From the NCBI RefSeq assembly GCF_006345805.1, contig NC_043017.1, positions 2,170,001-2,234,000 of the forward strand: a stretch of DNA of 64,000 nt. The letters run 5' to 3'. The position numbers and the translations under genes were made by a program. This DNA comes from Octopus sinensis (Eukaryota). Under the pieces are notes generated by a model. The model saw nothing but the letters and a program-made list of their open reading frames with translations, made no database searches and had not been told where the DNA came from. Shown piece after piece: positions 39,281 through 51,825 of the stretch (within the stretch, counting starts at the first letter, position 1; each line of letters opens with the position of its first letter).

Positions 39281-39494
39281 CTTTTCTACTTTAGGTACAA
39301 GGCCCGAAATTTTTAGGAAAGGAGCCAGTCGATTAGATTGATCCCCGTACGCAACTGGTATTTAATTTATCGACCACGAAAGGATGAAAGGCTAAGTCGA
39401 CCTCGGCGGAACTTGAACTCAGAACATAAAGACAGACGATATACCTATTTCTTTACTACCTACAAGGGGCTAAACACAGAGAGGACAAACAAGG
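39281..39494 (-). mobile_element. SINE-B 3' part (linker, terminal unit, tail)
   Basis: cttttctactttaggtacaaggcccgaaatttt...ttgaactcagaac...aaggggctaaacacagag. Confidence 0.88.
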
Positions 39495-39498
39495 TTTT

Positions 39499-39700
39499 AA
39501 ATTTTAGCACAAGGCCAGCAGTTTCTCGTGCGGTGATAAGTCGATCACAACGGCCCAGTGTACAACTGGTACTTATTTTATCACCTCCTAAAGGATGGAA
39601 TGAAAAGTCGACTCTGGTGGAGTTTGAACTTAGGAAGTTACGACGGACATAATGTCGCTCAGTCTTTTGACCGGCCTGCTAATAATTCTGTCAACTCACC
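39499..39700 (-). mobile_element. Older single-unit SINE-B relative
   Basis: Diverged unit with alternative tail aaattttagcacaaggccagca. Confidence 0.65.
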
Positions 39701-40140
39701 TCGTATTCAGCTCATTAATAAAGACAAACCCACCTGATAGCGCATGATAAAATCAACCTCAATTTCTATTACAAAAATAACAAAAGTGTATTAATTATCG
39801 ACATAACAATAGCAAATAACTAAATTAGCGAGTTGAAAAGATACATAATTATCCGTAGCAGCTGTTTAATTTAAACATTATAACATATATACAATTATTC
39901 CTCTAAAGGCATTGAGTAGTACATGTATAGATAAAAAAAAATAGCTAACAAGAAATGTAGTTAACATCCCAGGTTAATGATTACTTGTTCCCCACTGAGT
40001 ATATTTGTTAACCAAAGCCATCCTTTTTAATGTTGAACGTTTTTAGAAATGTTGTGTCTGCGGAGAGTCATTTTCTTTTTGTGCCTTATAATTTAACACA
40101 ATCACAGGTAAAATTTCCACTTGTTTCTTATTTTTATTAT

Positions 40141-40290
40141 CAGTACAGCGGGGTTCACCCCCAACCAGCCGGAGCCTCGTGGAGCTTAGGTTTTTTTGCT
40201 CAATAAACACTCACCATGCCCGGTGTGGGAATCGAAAGCACGTTCTTACGACCGTGAGTCCGCTGCCCTAACCACTGGGCCATTGCACCC
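40141..40290 (-). mobile_element. SINE-C 5' part
   Basis: Head and body to ggctccggc; tail missing. Confidence 0.85.
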
Positions 40291-40892
40291 CCACTGCTGT
40301 TGTTGTTCTTCTTGCTGCTGCAGATGCAGCTGTTAGTTGGTTCGATTCAGCTCGGCGCTTAAACGCCAGCCAAAAAGGCCTTACTCTGTATAATTCGCGT
40401 TTTCCTTCTGGTTTCAAAAACCTGCAGAGTTAAAATAAGCGTTTCTTCTTTTGGTGGAGGTCAATAAAATAAAGCACCAATCTGGTTCTGCGAGTGAATA
40501 GCATCGACGAACCTCCGCTTGCTCAAATTCCTGACATTGTACCCAAACAACGAAGATGAAAAAGTGAGAACGGCGAAGATGATCTATATGATAAGGAGGA
40601 TGATAATGATGATGATGATGACGTCAACAGCAGCACCAGCATCACCGTGAAGGAAGACAAGGAGGAAAAGAAGAGGCTTTCACTGTCAAAGCTGCAGTGA
40701 ATCAATATAAATGTCCTTGGTCTATGGTTCCAAATATCAGTTTCCATTTGTTTAATTCTAAGTAGAATTACAACTCAATATTTAATTAGATGCCCACAAC
40801 GTTGAGGCTTGGAGCACATAACACACACATAGCAACACACAGACACATGCACAAAAACACACACATGCACAAACACACGCAAACTCAACATT

Positions 40893-40979
<87 letters not shown>

Positions 40980-41083
40980 TACTTCCATTAACGCAAGCGC
41001 ACACTAATTCATACTACACAAATACAAATTCGTTGAAATATACACAATGATTACAACCACACATAATATATAATTATATATAT

Positions 41084-41194
<111 letters not shown>

Positions 41195-42064
41195 TATATA
41201 TACATCTACATACATATGTGTGTGTGTGTGTGTGTGTATACCTATACACATATAAATGTATACAGATAAGTGTGTATATACGGCACTGTTGTTTTATATA
41301 GGTATATAGATTTAGGTGTAGGCTTCTCTATGCAGTAATCAGATGTAATGGCGTTTCAATAGGTTTATCCAGCTGAATCGACAAGGATTTGCAATATACG
41401 TAACTTGGAAGTGTCAGCTTTGCTAATTCTTAACTCATAAAAGTAATGGCCCTTTGTCAAAAGTTTAAAGTGAAGCTGCTCTGAAAGACAACGAAGTATC
41501 ATTTAATGGACGGAATTGAACGGTTCTTATTAAAAGCACCAAAGCAGCAAGAAGAGATGGAAGGAAATTTGAGTCTGTAATAGCAATCGTGAAAGAGAGA
41601 GAGAGAGGCAGAGTTAGTATCACAGAAGAAAGGGAGACGCATTGCAAAGGGAAGATAGAAAGGTAAACGTACACACACTCACACACACACACACGTACAA
41701 ATACATACAGAGAGTGGGTGTATGAGCGCATGGTGGTGGGGGGGGGGAGAAAGAAGGACACATTTGAATTAGTGATCGCGCCAGAGGCTTTTAACAAGTT
41801 CTGCATGCAACTTGAATCAAACTGCACGACTTAAGATTGGTTGGATGTCGGAAGAAGTACTCAGCTGGGAATGCCATCTGAAACTTGCTCTGACAATTGG
41901 TCGCATGTCGAGAGTATGTGAGAGGATATGGATAAAGACGAGTGTGTCATGGCTGGATGTTAGGTGACATTCTATGTATATATGTGTTATGTATACACAC
42001 ACATATATATATAATATATAGAGAGAGAGAGAGAGAGAAATAAATATATATATATATATAAATG

Positions 42065-42173
<109 letters not shown>

Positions 42174-42298
42174 CATATGTATAGTGTTGCTTCACCGGAG
42201 ACTTTGCGAAGCAATAAATAAACGGAAATTAAGTTAGAAAAGTTACTATATACTTTTATCATGATGGCTGAAAGTAAGGACCTTCAGTTGTTAAATTA

Positions 42299-42338
<40 letters not shown>

Positions 42339-42480
42339 AACTATATGCAGACACACACAGACATATATAGAGAAGAACTTATACACATACATATCTGCAT
42401 ACATAGGCGCGTACATACATCTATACAATGGTATGCACAAATATACAAACGATATCTTATATTATATAATATATTATAGC

Positions 42481-42514
<34 letters not shown>

Positions 42515-42771
42515 ATACATATACATTGTTGGATATACATAGATAGGTACATACATACATATATACATACATATACACATACATAAATACATACCTGCAG
42601 CATGCATGCATATATATGTGCATATTCTTAAAAATGCATAAGTATATGCAATCATGTGTGTCTTAGATATGTTTGAGTGTGTATATTGTGTATATTTGTG
42701 CCTGTGCTGGTATGTGGCTAAAGCGGAAGTTTATATTGAAATTTTGTATTTCCATATTGGCAATAGCTATA

Positions 42772-42985
42772 GCGGTGAGCTGGCAGAAACGTTAGCACGC
42801 CCGGCGAAATGCTTACCGGTATTTCGTCTGTCTCTACGTTCTGAGTTCAAATTCCGCCGAGGCCAACTTTGCCTTTCATCCCTTCGAGCTCGATAAATTA
42901 AGTACCAGTTGCGTACTGAAGCCGATCTAATCGACGGGTCCCCTTCCTCAAAATTTCAGGCCTTGTTCCTAGAGTAGAAAAGAAT
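42772..42985 (+). mobile_element. SINE-B single-unit form, complete
   Basis: Head, one unit with terminal-type ttgcgtactg/gatctaatcgac signature, tail cctagagtagaaaagaa. Confidence 0.9.
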
Positions 42986-43443
42986 ATTAGCAGTAGTCAT
43001 TAACAAATTTGTATTGCAATCTTTCTGATGAGAATGTCGCAGGCATCGAAGAGAAGATGGGGTTTCAATCCACACCTAAAGCGATACCACTTTGCGCATA
43101 TTAGCTGTGAAAGCCACAGTGACCTTTTTAAAATTCCTTAATAGTTTCCATGGAAAACTAAAGGGGGAATATCCATGACTTTATGGATAATACCACTGAC
43201 GTAACTTTAAGTAAAGATAAAGGAAAACATTGCAAATGACTCTTCGGCGTATATATATATATGTTGTAAGGAAAACATTCCTTAAGTTTCTTGGATCTTA
43301 AATATCCCTTGTACAGTGGTTATGGAAAGAGATCTCACTGCTACAAGTCTATCTATCCGGTCGAAGGTCGATATATATTTAGTTTAAGGGAGCAGTATTC
43401 ATCCATCGACATATTATATCATATTATGTCTTATATATATATA

Positions 43444-43486
<43 letters not shown>

Positions 43487-43500
43487 ATATTATTTATTTA

Positions 43501-43733
43501 TGCGCCCTTTTCAAGCCTAGCCAGGCTCATGGGCCCCGGTTTCCCGGTTTCTATGGCGTATGTGTTCCCCCCAGTTGAACGGGACGCCAGTCCATCGCAG
43601 CATTACTCAAGAAACAGGAAGAAAGAGTGAGAGAAAGTTGGGGAGAAACAGTGCAACAGGGGTCGCACCACCACACCTGCCGGAGCCTCGTGGAGCTTTA
43701 GGTGTTTTCGCTCAATAAACACACACAACGTCC
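43501..43733 (-). mobile_element. SINE-C body joined to the tail used by SINE-D at 26238-26342
   Basis: Minus strand ...cttcctgtttctt|gagtaatgctgcgatggactggcgtcccg...aaaagggcgca. Confidence 0.88.
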
Positions 43734-43844
43734 TGATTTCTAAACAATTAACAAATGGATCACAAAACTAATAAAACACAAACCTCAATAATAAAAATAT
43801 CTTTCGTGCTCATTTAAATGATATCGGAAAGAAACTGACAAGGC

Positions 43845-43893
<49 letters not shown>

Positions 43894-44129
43894 TGTGTGT
43901 GTCTGTGTGTGTGTGTGTGTGTGAGTGTGTGTGCGCGTGTGTGTATCCCTTCAGCTCTTCATTTTCAAATTTGCACCAATGGGAAACGAACTGATTTCTA
44001 ATATTCTAACATTATCGAAAGTTTAATTCTACGAGATCATGCCTGATTCAATGAAATGTGAATAAATAAGCATTACATTTGCCAGAATAATCTGAATGCC
44101 AGAGAATTAATTCAGTATTTCTGGATATT

Positions 44130-44680
44130 TTGCACTGGTTCACGAAATCCCTTTTCCAGGACGTTTATTTGATACCAGTAAGTGACTATGAGACCGCACA
44201 CGGAGGACGTCCGCTTCTGTTTTGTAATTACTATCATGAGTTTCGATCTTACTCCGTTATATTTGAAAGGGAGAAGTTTGTATACTTTTCAAACATCAGG
44301 TAGCCTAAGTTTATCGCAGGTTGTGTCGCACATTTTCATTAAATATCTTCCCCGGCTCGGCATGACTCCGGAGCATCGCACCGAGAAACATTTACAATCT
44401 AGAAAATATGGCAATTTTACAGTTATATACAATTTGTGGATTTAATACACAATTGCGGTTGATGGTCGCAATTTCTTGTAATTGCCTCCGATAACAATAG
44501 CTTTTGACTTATCGCTCGCAGTTCGTGTTTAAAGGCAATTAGTCTACTTTTGAGCGTCTCTCGGTGGCAGTTCTCATAGATTTTTAATAGTCTATCATGA
44601 AGTCGCAGCTGGCACTTCGTCAATTCCTGATTCACTTGGCGTTTAATGATAATATCCAATTATCCGACGTCTTAAATTTT
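44130..44680 (-). mobile_element. Possible R4/Dong-like LINE internal remnant
   Basis: LIAFKHELRAISQK plus shifted INRNCVLNPQIVY and KIFNEN resemble the pre-RT LKQKL.A...RL.RY...NRLF..NPK.VY region; weak. Confidence 0.3.
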
Positions 44681-44899
44681 TTTCCCTTTTTCTCCTTTTT
44701 TCTGTACATATATATCATCTTTTATATCGATCCCAGACGCTTCTTTATATTGGGGATTGGTAATTGCAAAACAGGACAGTGTACCATTTCAAATCCATGG
44801 GATGGAAGATGTCATGTGTTGAAAGGGATTTTTAGCAGATTTAACACTATTAACAGCAGTTTTTATCTCAATGATATTGTTATCGTCCTTACATTCATA

Positions 44900-46109
44900 C
44901 AGGGGTTGGACAAGTAATGAAAACACCTACCATCATAGCATCATAATTTTGAAATATCTATAAAACCGTCAAAACCTTGTTTATTTTTATGTTTTTGATT
45001 TATTAGTGTTGTTTACTATGTTTTGCTAAAATTGCTGTTCCTTTGCAGATATCATTAGAAAAAGGTAATTAAATTTCATTAAAATGACAGATCTATCGGA
45101 CTTTCAACGCTCGTATGGCAGGCGCTAGCAGAACGAAAATAGCCGAAATATATGGTTTATCAAGAAGTACAGTCTCGAAAGTGACGATAGTCTTTGAGAA
45201 AGAGGGAGAAACCTCCTCGTCGAAGCCAAACTCCGGAAGAAAACCAAAACATTCAGATAGGCCCCGTCGGACTCTTACGCGAATTGTTAGAAAGGATCAC
45301 AAAAGTACAGCTCCCAAAATTACTGCAGAGCTTAATGACCACATCGAGAATCCCGTTTCCGCAAACACTGTTCGCCGAGAGCTGCACAAAGCCGGATTTC
45401 ACGGGAGTGCCGCAATCAGAAAACCACTACTTTAAAAAAAAACGTTGCAAAACTTTTAGAGTGGAGTAAGAACCTACAGAATTGGTCCCCAGAGCAGTGG
45501 AAGAATGTTATTTTCTCGGATGAGTCATCCGTGAGGAGACAGGCAAAAAAGCATTTGACCCAGACTGCCTTCTTCCAACTGTTAAACATGGAGGAGGATC
45601 TGTGATGATCTGGGTGGCTATATCTTGGAAACCCACCGGCCCAATGGTTTCCTTTTATGGCAGAATTAATAGTCAAGACTATTTAAGCATTTTATCTGAT
45701 CAAATACATCCTATGATTGCATAACTATTTCCGGAGGGAAACGAAATCTTTCAGGTTGATAATGCACCAATTCACACAGCTAAATTTGTTACTGAATGAC
45801 ACGAGGAACATTCTAGTGAAATTCAACATCTTATCTGGCCACAACAGTTCACAGATCTCAATATTATTAAACATTTACGGTGTATTTTAGAAAAACAAGT
45901 AAGGAGACGATATTCTCCACCATCATCACTACAAGAACTGGAAACTGTTTTAGCTGAAGAATGGACAAAAATTCCTTTGGGAACAATTCAAACTTTGTAC
46001 GAGTTCATCGTACCTGCTAGATTTCAAGCTGTAATTCCTGACAAAGTCGGTCCTACCCCATATTGAAATAAATTTGTTTGAAATTTTAAGGTATTTCCAT
46101 TACTTTTCC
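44900..46109 (+). mobile_element. Tc1-like transposon with DD36E spacing, pseudogenised
   Basis: TA then left TIR caggggttggacaagtaatgaaaacacct (44900-44928); truncated right TIR aggtatttccattactttt (46089-). Transposase about 45084-46066: MTDLSDFQR, RKPLL, VIFSDESS, VKHGGGSVMIW, FQVDNAPIH, WPQQFTDLNII(K). Confidence 0.92.
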
Positions 46110-46111
46110 TT

Positions 46112-47030
46112 TAGTTATCCCCAAAGGAAAAAGTCACAAGTGCTTAAATCTGGTGATCTTGCCGGTCACTCCACGTTTTCCCTTAAAATGCTCAAATGTT
46201 CAGGAAACAGTTTGCTAAACACTGTAAGCAAAACTCGTGCTGTGTAATCTGTGGTTCCATCATTTTGAAACCACAGATGTTCTGTATCCAAGTTGTCCAG
46301 TTTGGAGCACAGAGATGCTTCTATCATTTCATCATACCGGCTGGGTGGTAACAGTTACTGTTGCATGACCTTCTTGAAAAATGTACAGGCCGATCTCACC
46401 AAAATCGGCAACTGCACACCAAACAGTTACGAGATGTGAGTGAAGCGATTGTTGGTGAAATTCCTGAGTATTATATTCAGCCCAGTAGCAACACTTTTGC
46501 TTGTTTACAGCTCCATTGATATGAAAGTTAGCCTCATCGGTACTCGGAAGAGCAGCTGGAGCGGGAACTTGTGCAAAAATATTCGCATTGGCGTCTCTAC
46601 TCTACGGTTGTTATGATGTGTCCTGGTTAATTTTTGAGCCAACATCATTTTGTAAGGATGCAGTTTCAAATCGACTTTCCGAATCCACCACAAACTCCGA
46701 TTTGATATCTCTAGTACTACACTATGACTCCGCGTGGAACGCTTTGACGATTGCCGAATGGATGCTCTTACTGCTGCCAAATTTTCTGAAGTTCTAACGG
46801 TCCTAGACCTGCTAGGAGATTTCATTATTGGCGTGAATCCAGTTGCCTGAAATTGAGAAATGCAATACAAAATCGGTTTCCAATCTGGTAAAGATGCATT
46901 TGGATCAAGCGAGAAGCATCAACAGAACGCTCGCCGCATAGCTATTACAGATCGATGGCTTTCATAATGCGCTTGAACAACAGAGGGACAATTTTCAACG
47001 TTCCAACTCAAGATGGGATCTGAAAATGAT
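46112..47030 (-). mobile_element. DD41D (rosa-type) Tc1/mariner transposase remnant, 3'-truncated
   Basis: SWNVENCPSVVQAHY; RTVRTSENLAAVRASIRQSSKRSTR; DLKLHPYK; TDEANFHINGAVNKQ; WFQNDGTT; PARSPDLSTCDFFLWG. 41 residues counted between second and third D. Confidence 0.88.
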
Positions 47031-47328
47031 AGAAAAATTGATAAGGTTATCGATAGATACAATGAATATAATACAGAAATTATAATAGCTGAGGGAAGAA
47101 ATAGAGCGACTAGCCTACAGAATGAGGCCCTACCACACCACTCTACCGCACTACAGCCCGCACAATGCCGACTCCAATGTGGGAGATGTTTATATTCCAC
47201 CTTGTATATACATAGAGAGTGCGAGAGTGGGAGAGATACATACAAGCATGCATACAGATGTACATATACTTATATGCATCAAAAGATCTATATATCAATC
47301 CATCCATCTATATATATATATATATATA

Positions 47329-47806
47329 CCTCTTCTCCCTAGAGCGGAGGCGGGAGAGATAAGCGGTGATATACATTTGGAAAATCCTGGAGGGTCTTGT
47401 CCCAAACTTGGCATTCAAAGTTACCCCAACCGCAGAACGGGGCGCCACTGCATGGTGCCAAAGATTCCAACATCACCATCAAAATACAAGTCCAGATACT
47501 GCAACAGCTTGGGTTTCAGAGGACCACAGCTCTTTAACATCCTCCCTAAATGCCTGAGAGACTTACATGGTGTGGATGTGGGTTTCTTTAAAACTAAACT
47601 GGATCTCTTCTTGTCGGGAGTCCTAGATGAACCTACCTCACGACAGGAGACGCAGATGCGGGCAGCAGCATCGAACTCCCTTGTTGATCAAGTGCCACAT
47701 ATCAGAGGTGGATTCACATATTAGTGTAGCTCATTCAGCGGTGGTGCCCCAGCATGGCCGCGGCCTTCGGGCTAAAACATTTTTAAGGATTTAAGGATTT
47801 AAGGAT
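47329..47806 (+). mobile_element. 5'-truncated CR1/L2-group LINE 3' end with stem-loop tail and (TTTAAGGA)n repeats
   Basis: SLERRRER.AVIYIWKILEGLVPN then shifted RGPQLFNILPKCLRDLHGVDVGFFKTKLDLFLSGVLDEP..NSLVDQ; 3' UTR ggtggtgccccagcatggccgcggccttcgggct. Confidence 0.88.
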
Positions 47807-47875
47807 ATATTTATATATATATTTGAAATATATTATATAATATATTTCAAATATATTATACAGTACTATAATATG

Positions 47876-47906
<31 letters not shown>

Positions 47907-47939
47907 ATGTATTTACATCTATAAATATATACATACACA

Positions 47940-48012
<73 letters not shown>

Positions 48013-49275
48013 TGTATACATATAGGGCACGTGTACTGAAACACACAGTAACGAGAAATATTCCTGTGTATATTAACATATTTGTTAACCGTTCATGGTA
48101 TTAACACTATTAATGGGTGATTTCGTTTTGTCTAATTCTCCTAATATTTTTATTTGTATTTTCTTTTACACACTCCATATACAATGTATAGAATATTTAT
48201 AAATGGAAATAAATGAATTTCATAGAAAATACGTCTCTCAATTATTTCATTTATTCTAAGAATCGTGGCGCAGATGTATGTATTGAATGGAACGTAATTC
48301 ATCTAGAAATGTAATTGGCTTTCTCCAAACACCAACGCATCGAATAATGATTCTACCACATAGTATTTTCTCTATTTTTGATTATTAAGAGCAAATTTAA
48401 ATTATCAAGTTAATTTCCTGAGCCAAACAATTCATCAAATATTTATGTGTTTTACACATTAAATTTGCATACTTATATCTTTTATACACAAAGAACAATC
48501 CATAAGATAATTAATTTGTTGATAAAACGTAGAACTGTTATTAAAAATAAATGATAAAAGAAATATCATAATTACTTGAACTTATAATTTTTTTTATCAA
48601 ATATTTGCTTTAAATTAATAAATAATTTTTAAATGAATTCTTTATTAGTTTCCTCTCTTGTTCTGACATTTATATTGGCACTTCATAATTGGTTCTTCCT
48701 TGTTGTTGCTGTTGTTGTTGTTGTGATATTGTTGTTATTGTTCTATCTCTCTCAAACCGGACAAAAACCTAGCGTACACTCGCATATCCATGTTGTAAGG
48801 AAACTGTGACAATAGACGCAAAGGAAGCTCAAATTAATGTAGTATTACGGGGATTTTCAGAGCAGGTGTCCAAAGTTTACACTGAAATAACATTAAGCTT
48901 AACGTACCGCCTTCACGTCACTCGCAGTTAAGAACTGACATCTTAAATATAGAAGTGCATACCCTCGAATGCAGACCGACTATAACGTAACGCATCTCGG
49001 CAGTCACACAATCTGCTAAAAGTGCCATCTTAATTTTACTCAAATAAAATATTACTATATAAAAAAGGAGTCAAAACTAGTAGATATGTACACCAATGGC
49101 ATCTCTCTCTCTCTCTCTCTCTCTTTTTTTCTCTTTCTCTCTCTCTACTATAATGCATAATGCAGTCACAGACTTAGCTGATCTAAATAAAGGAATGTTA
49201 GATAATTTACTTCAAGATATCCAGCTTAACACATCATACACATCTCTTGAAAATAATACACTAATCTTGTAAACG

Positions 49276-49521
49276 TGGAACGTTGTAAATAATGGAGTAA
49301 AGATTGTTTGCAAACATAACATGACAGTCCTGGTTTAGGACGAATGTTGCTGTAATTTAGCTCCAGGAGACATCGTCTCCAGCTGACTATACGACACGAT
49401 CTCTGTCCCTATATTTTCGAACTATGTCGCATGGCAGTAAATTACAGCAACATTCGTGCTAAACAAGGACTGCCATGTTATGTTGGCAAACAATCTTTAC
49501 TCCGTTATTTACAACGTTCCA
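49276..49521. mobile_element. Foldback element with 84-bp inverted arms
   Basis: 49276-49359 versus 49438-49521: 79 of 84 positions complementary by manual alignment; 78-bp spacer holds a small ggagac/gtctcc hairpin. Confidence 0.85.
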
Positions 49522-49580
49522 GGACTCCATTAAAAGTGCTGTTGTCTGTGGAGGGCTCAATCACTTGAACAGGCGAATTG

Positions 49581-49933
49581 GTTAGCGGTATTCCGTCTGT
49601 CGCTACGTTCTGTGTTCAAATTCCGCCGAGGTCGACTTTGCCTTTCATCCTTTCGGGTTCGATAAATTAAGTACTAGTTACGCACTTGGGTCGATGTAAT
49701 CGACGAATCCGTGTGTCTGTCCTTGTTTGTCCCCTCTGTGTTTAGTCCCTTGTGGGTAATAAAGAAATAGGTATTACGTGTGTCTTTTCGTCCCGAGTTT
49801 AAATTCCACCGAAATCTACTTTGACTTTCATTGTTACTGGTCGAAATTAATTACCAGTTGCGTACTGGGGTCGATCACATCGACTAGCCCCTCCCCAAAA
49901 TATTTCGGTCCTTGTGCCTAGAATAGAAAAGAA
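49581..49933 (+). mobile_element. SINE-B two-unit form, head truncated
   Basis: Two units plus tail; second unit more diverged. Confidence 0.88.
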
Positions 49934-50752
49934 ATTTTCATGATTAATGATTTTCAGCTTTATAATTACATGGTTTCCTCCAAAACATAATTTATTCGCT
50001 GTTTTTGAAACCCAGTAACTTAAATAGTCGTGTTTCAGCTTTACATCTGTTAAGAAATACATTTTCTGTTTATAAAAGTTTAACTACAAACAATATATAA
50101 TTTTATCTATATTACACGCGTTGTTTGCACGAATGTTACCTCGATATTAATATTCTCAGCAAAAAGATATCTTCTTTATATTTACTACCACAACTCTTGC
50201 ATAATACAAATTGATTTTTGCGGCTAGTGTACTTATCCAAATATTAGATTGATTTGAAGCTATCAGCTAAAAGAATAACACAGCGATTCCCTTTTTTTTA
50301 TTATTTATTTACGTAGTTTTTGTTGAATTACACGGCAACATATTTACTTTAAAACCACCTTGGTCTTATTATTTCTATATCATACACATTGAATTTATCG
50401 TTTCCATATCCTAAATATATTATATATTAGCATTAATACTGACATAAATTTTCTTCAGGTAGTTAGCTTGTATAGTTTAATGCAATTTAAATTAAATATT
50501 TATTGTACGATAAATTTTGTAGACACCATATTTTAAAGAAGCAGATGTTTTAGCTTATTACTAGTATGAATAATTCACGTCTTTGTATATAAAATTAATC
50601 CCCAGCAAAATAAAACAACTTTCACAGATATTATACTGATCTTGCACGTAATTAATCATACAAAATTCGCTTTCTTGGTGACCCCCGAATGCTATCCGAC
50701 AATAAGAAACACAGTCTATACAAATACAGAGACTTTATATTCAGAAATCTGT

Positions 50753-50995
50753 TATTCTTTTACTTGTTTTAGTCATTTGTCTTCGACCATGATGGAGCAC
50801 CGCTTTGAAGGGTTTTAATCAAACCAATCGATCTCAAGTGTTATTCCTAAGCTTAGTACTTATTTGGTCAGTCTCTTTTAACGAACCGCTAAGCTACAGG
50901 TACCTAAACACACCAACACTGGTTGTCAAGCGCTGACGGAGGAGTAACACAGACACAAAGACACACATACAACACTCACACAAATACATGCATAC

Positions 50996-51051
<56 letters not shown>

Positions 51052-51372
51052 AGGCGCAATGACCCAGTGGTTAGAACAGCGGACTCGTGATTGTAGGATC
51101 GCAGTTTCGTTTCCCAGATCGGGCGTTGTGAGTGTTTATTGAGCGAAAACACCTAAAAGCTCCACGAGCTCCTTCCGACAGGGTGTGGTGGCGATCCCTG
51201 CTGTACTTTTCCGCCACAAATTTCTCTCACTCTTTCTTTTGTTGGCCTGCTCGCTTAGCCAGCGGGGTGGCCTCATTTGAAGGCTAAAACAATGCGAAGC
51301 GCATTGTGACCAGCGATGTGTAGCAACATCTGACAGCCTGGTCGGTCACGGTCATCACGGTGATATATATAT

Positions 51373-51417
<45 letters not shown>

Positions 51418-51544
51418 TATATATATATAGGGAGAGAGAGATAATTTACGACAATCAGATCCATTCAAAAGGCTTTGTTCATTCCGAGACGATATAAGAA
51501 GACACTTGCACAAGGTGCCGCGTAATGGGACTGAACCAGGAACC
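50753..51544 (-). mobile_element. SINE-A split in its central microsatellite by SINE-C
   Basis: 3' half 50753-50962 and 5' half 51445-51544, same strand and correct order, flanking the insertion. Confidence 0.75.
51050..51363 (+). mobile_element. SINE-C with tail type iv
   Basis: ggaggcgcaatgacccagtggttag head; tail ggcctgctcgcttagccagcgg...ggtcacggtcatcacggtga. Confidence 0.9.
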
Positions 51545-51548
51545 AATT

Positions 51549-51612
51549 GAATGCGAGCTGTACCCAACAATGCTGTCTTCTGGATCACTTCCAGCCTGAC
51601 AGCAACTCCTTT
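51549..51612 (-). mobile_element. R4/Dong-like LINE C-terminal fragment beside a (TAA)n tract
   Basis: Minus strand VAVRLEVIQKTALLGTARI matches the Q(K)..LLGTARILR ending of R4-clade ORFs. Confidence 0.55.
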
Positions 51613-51646
51613 ATTATTAATATGATTATTATTATTATTACAATTC

Positions 51647-51825
51647 TTATTATCACCCTGTGCACGTAAGCGAAAGCAGAGTCTTGTAATCACTCGACTT
51701 TTTTTCTGTTTGTGTGTGTCTTTGCAAAATTAGTGGAAAACGGCTGAAGGGATTTTCACCAATTTTGGCAGAAATACTCTTTGGGTGAGTGTCTCGAAAT
51801 GATGTAAACTTGGTTTGATTATCTT
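51647..51825 (+). mobile_element. Helentron/HINE-like left-end fragment
   Basis: ttattatcacc..aagcgaaagcagag..gaaaacggctgaagggattttcaccaattttggcag resembles 52501-52580. Confidence 0.4.

Noticed and set aside
43020-43058. CTGATGA followed by a weak stem (hammerhead-like)
   Set aside because: GAAG instead of GAAA, no helix III or cleavage triplet, and no sister copy.
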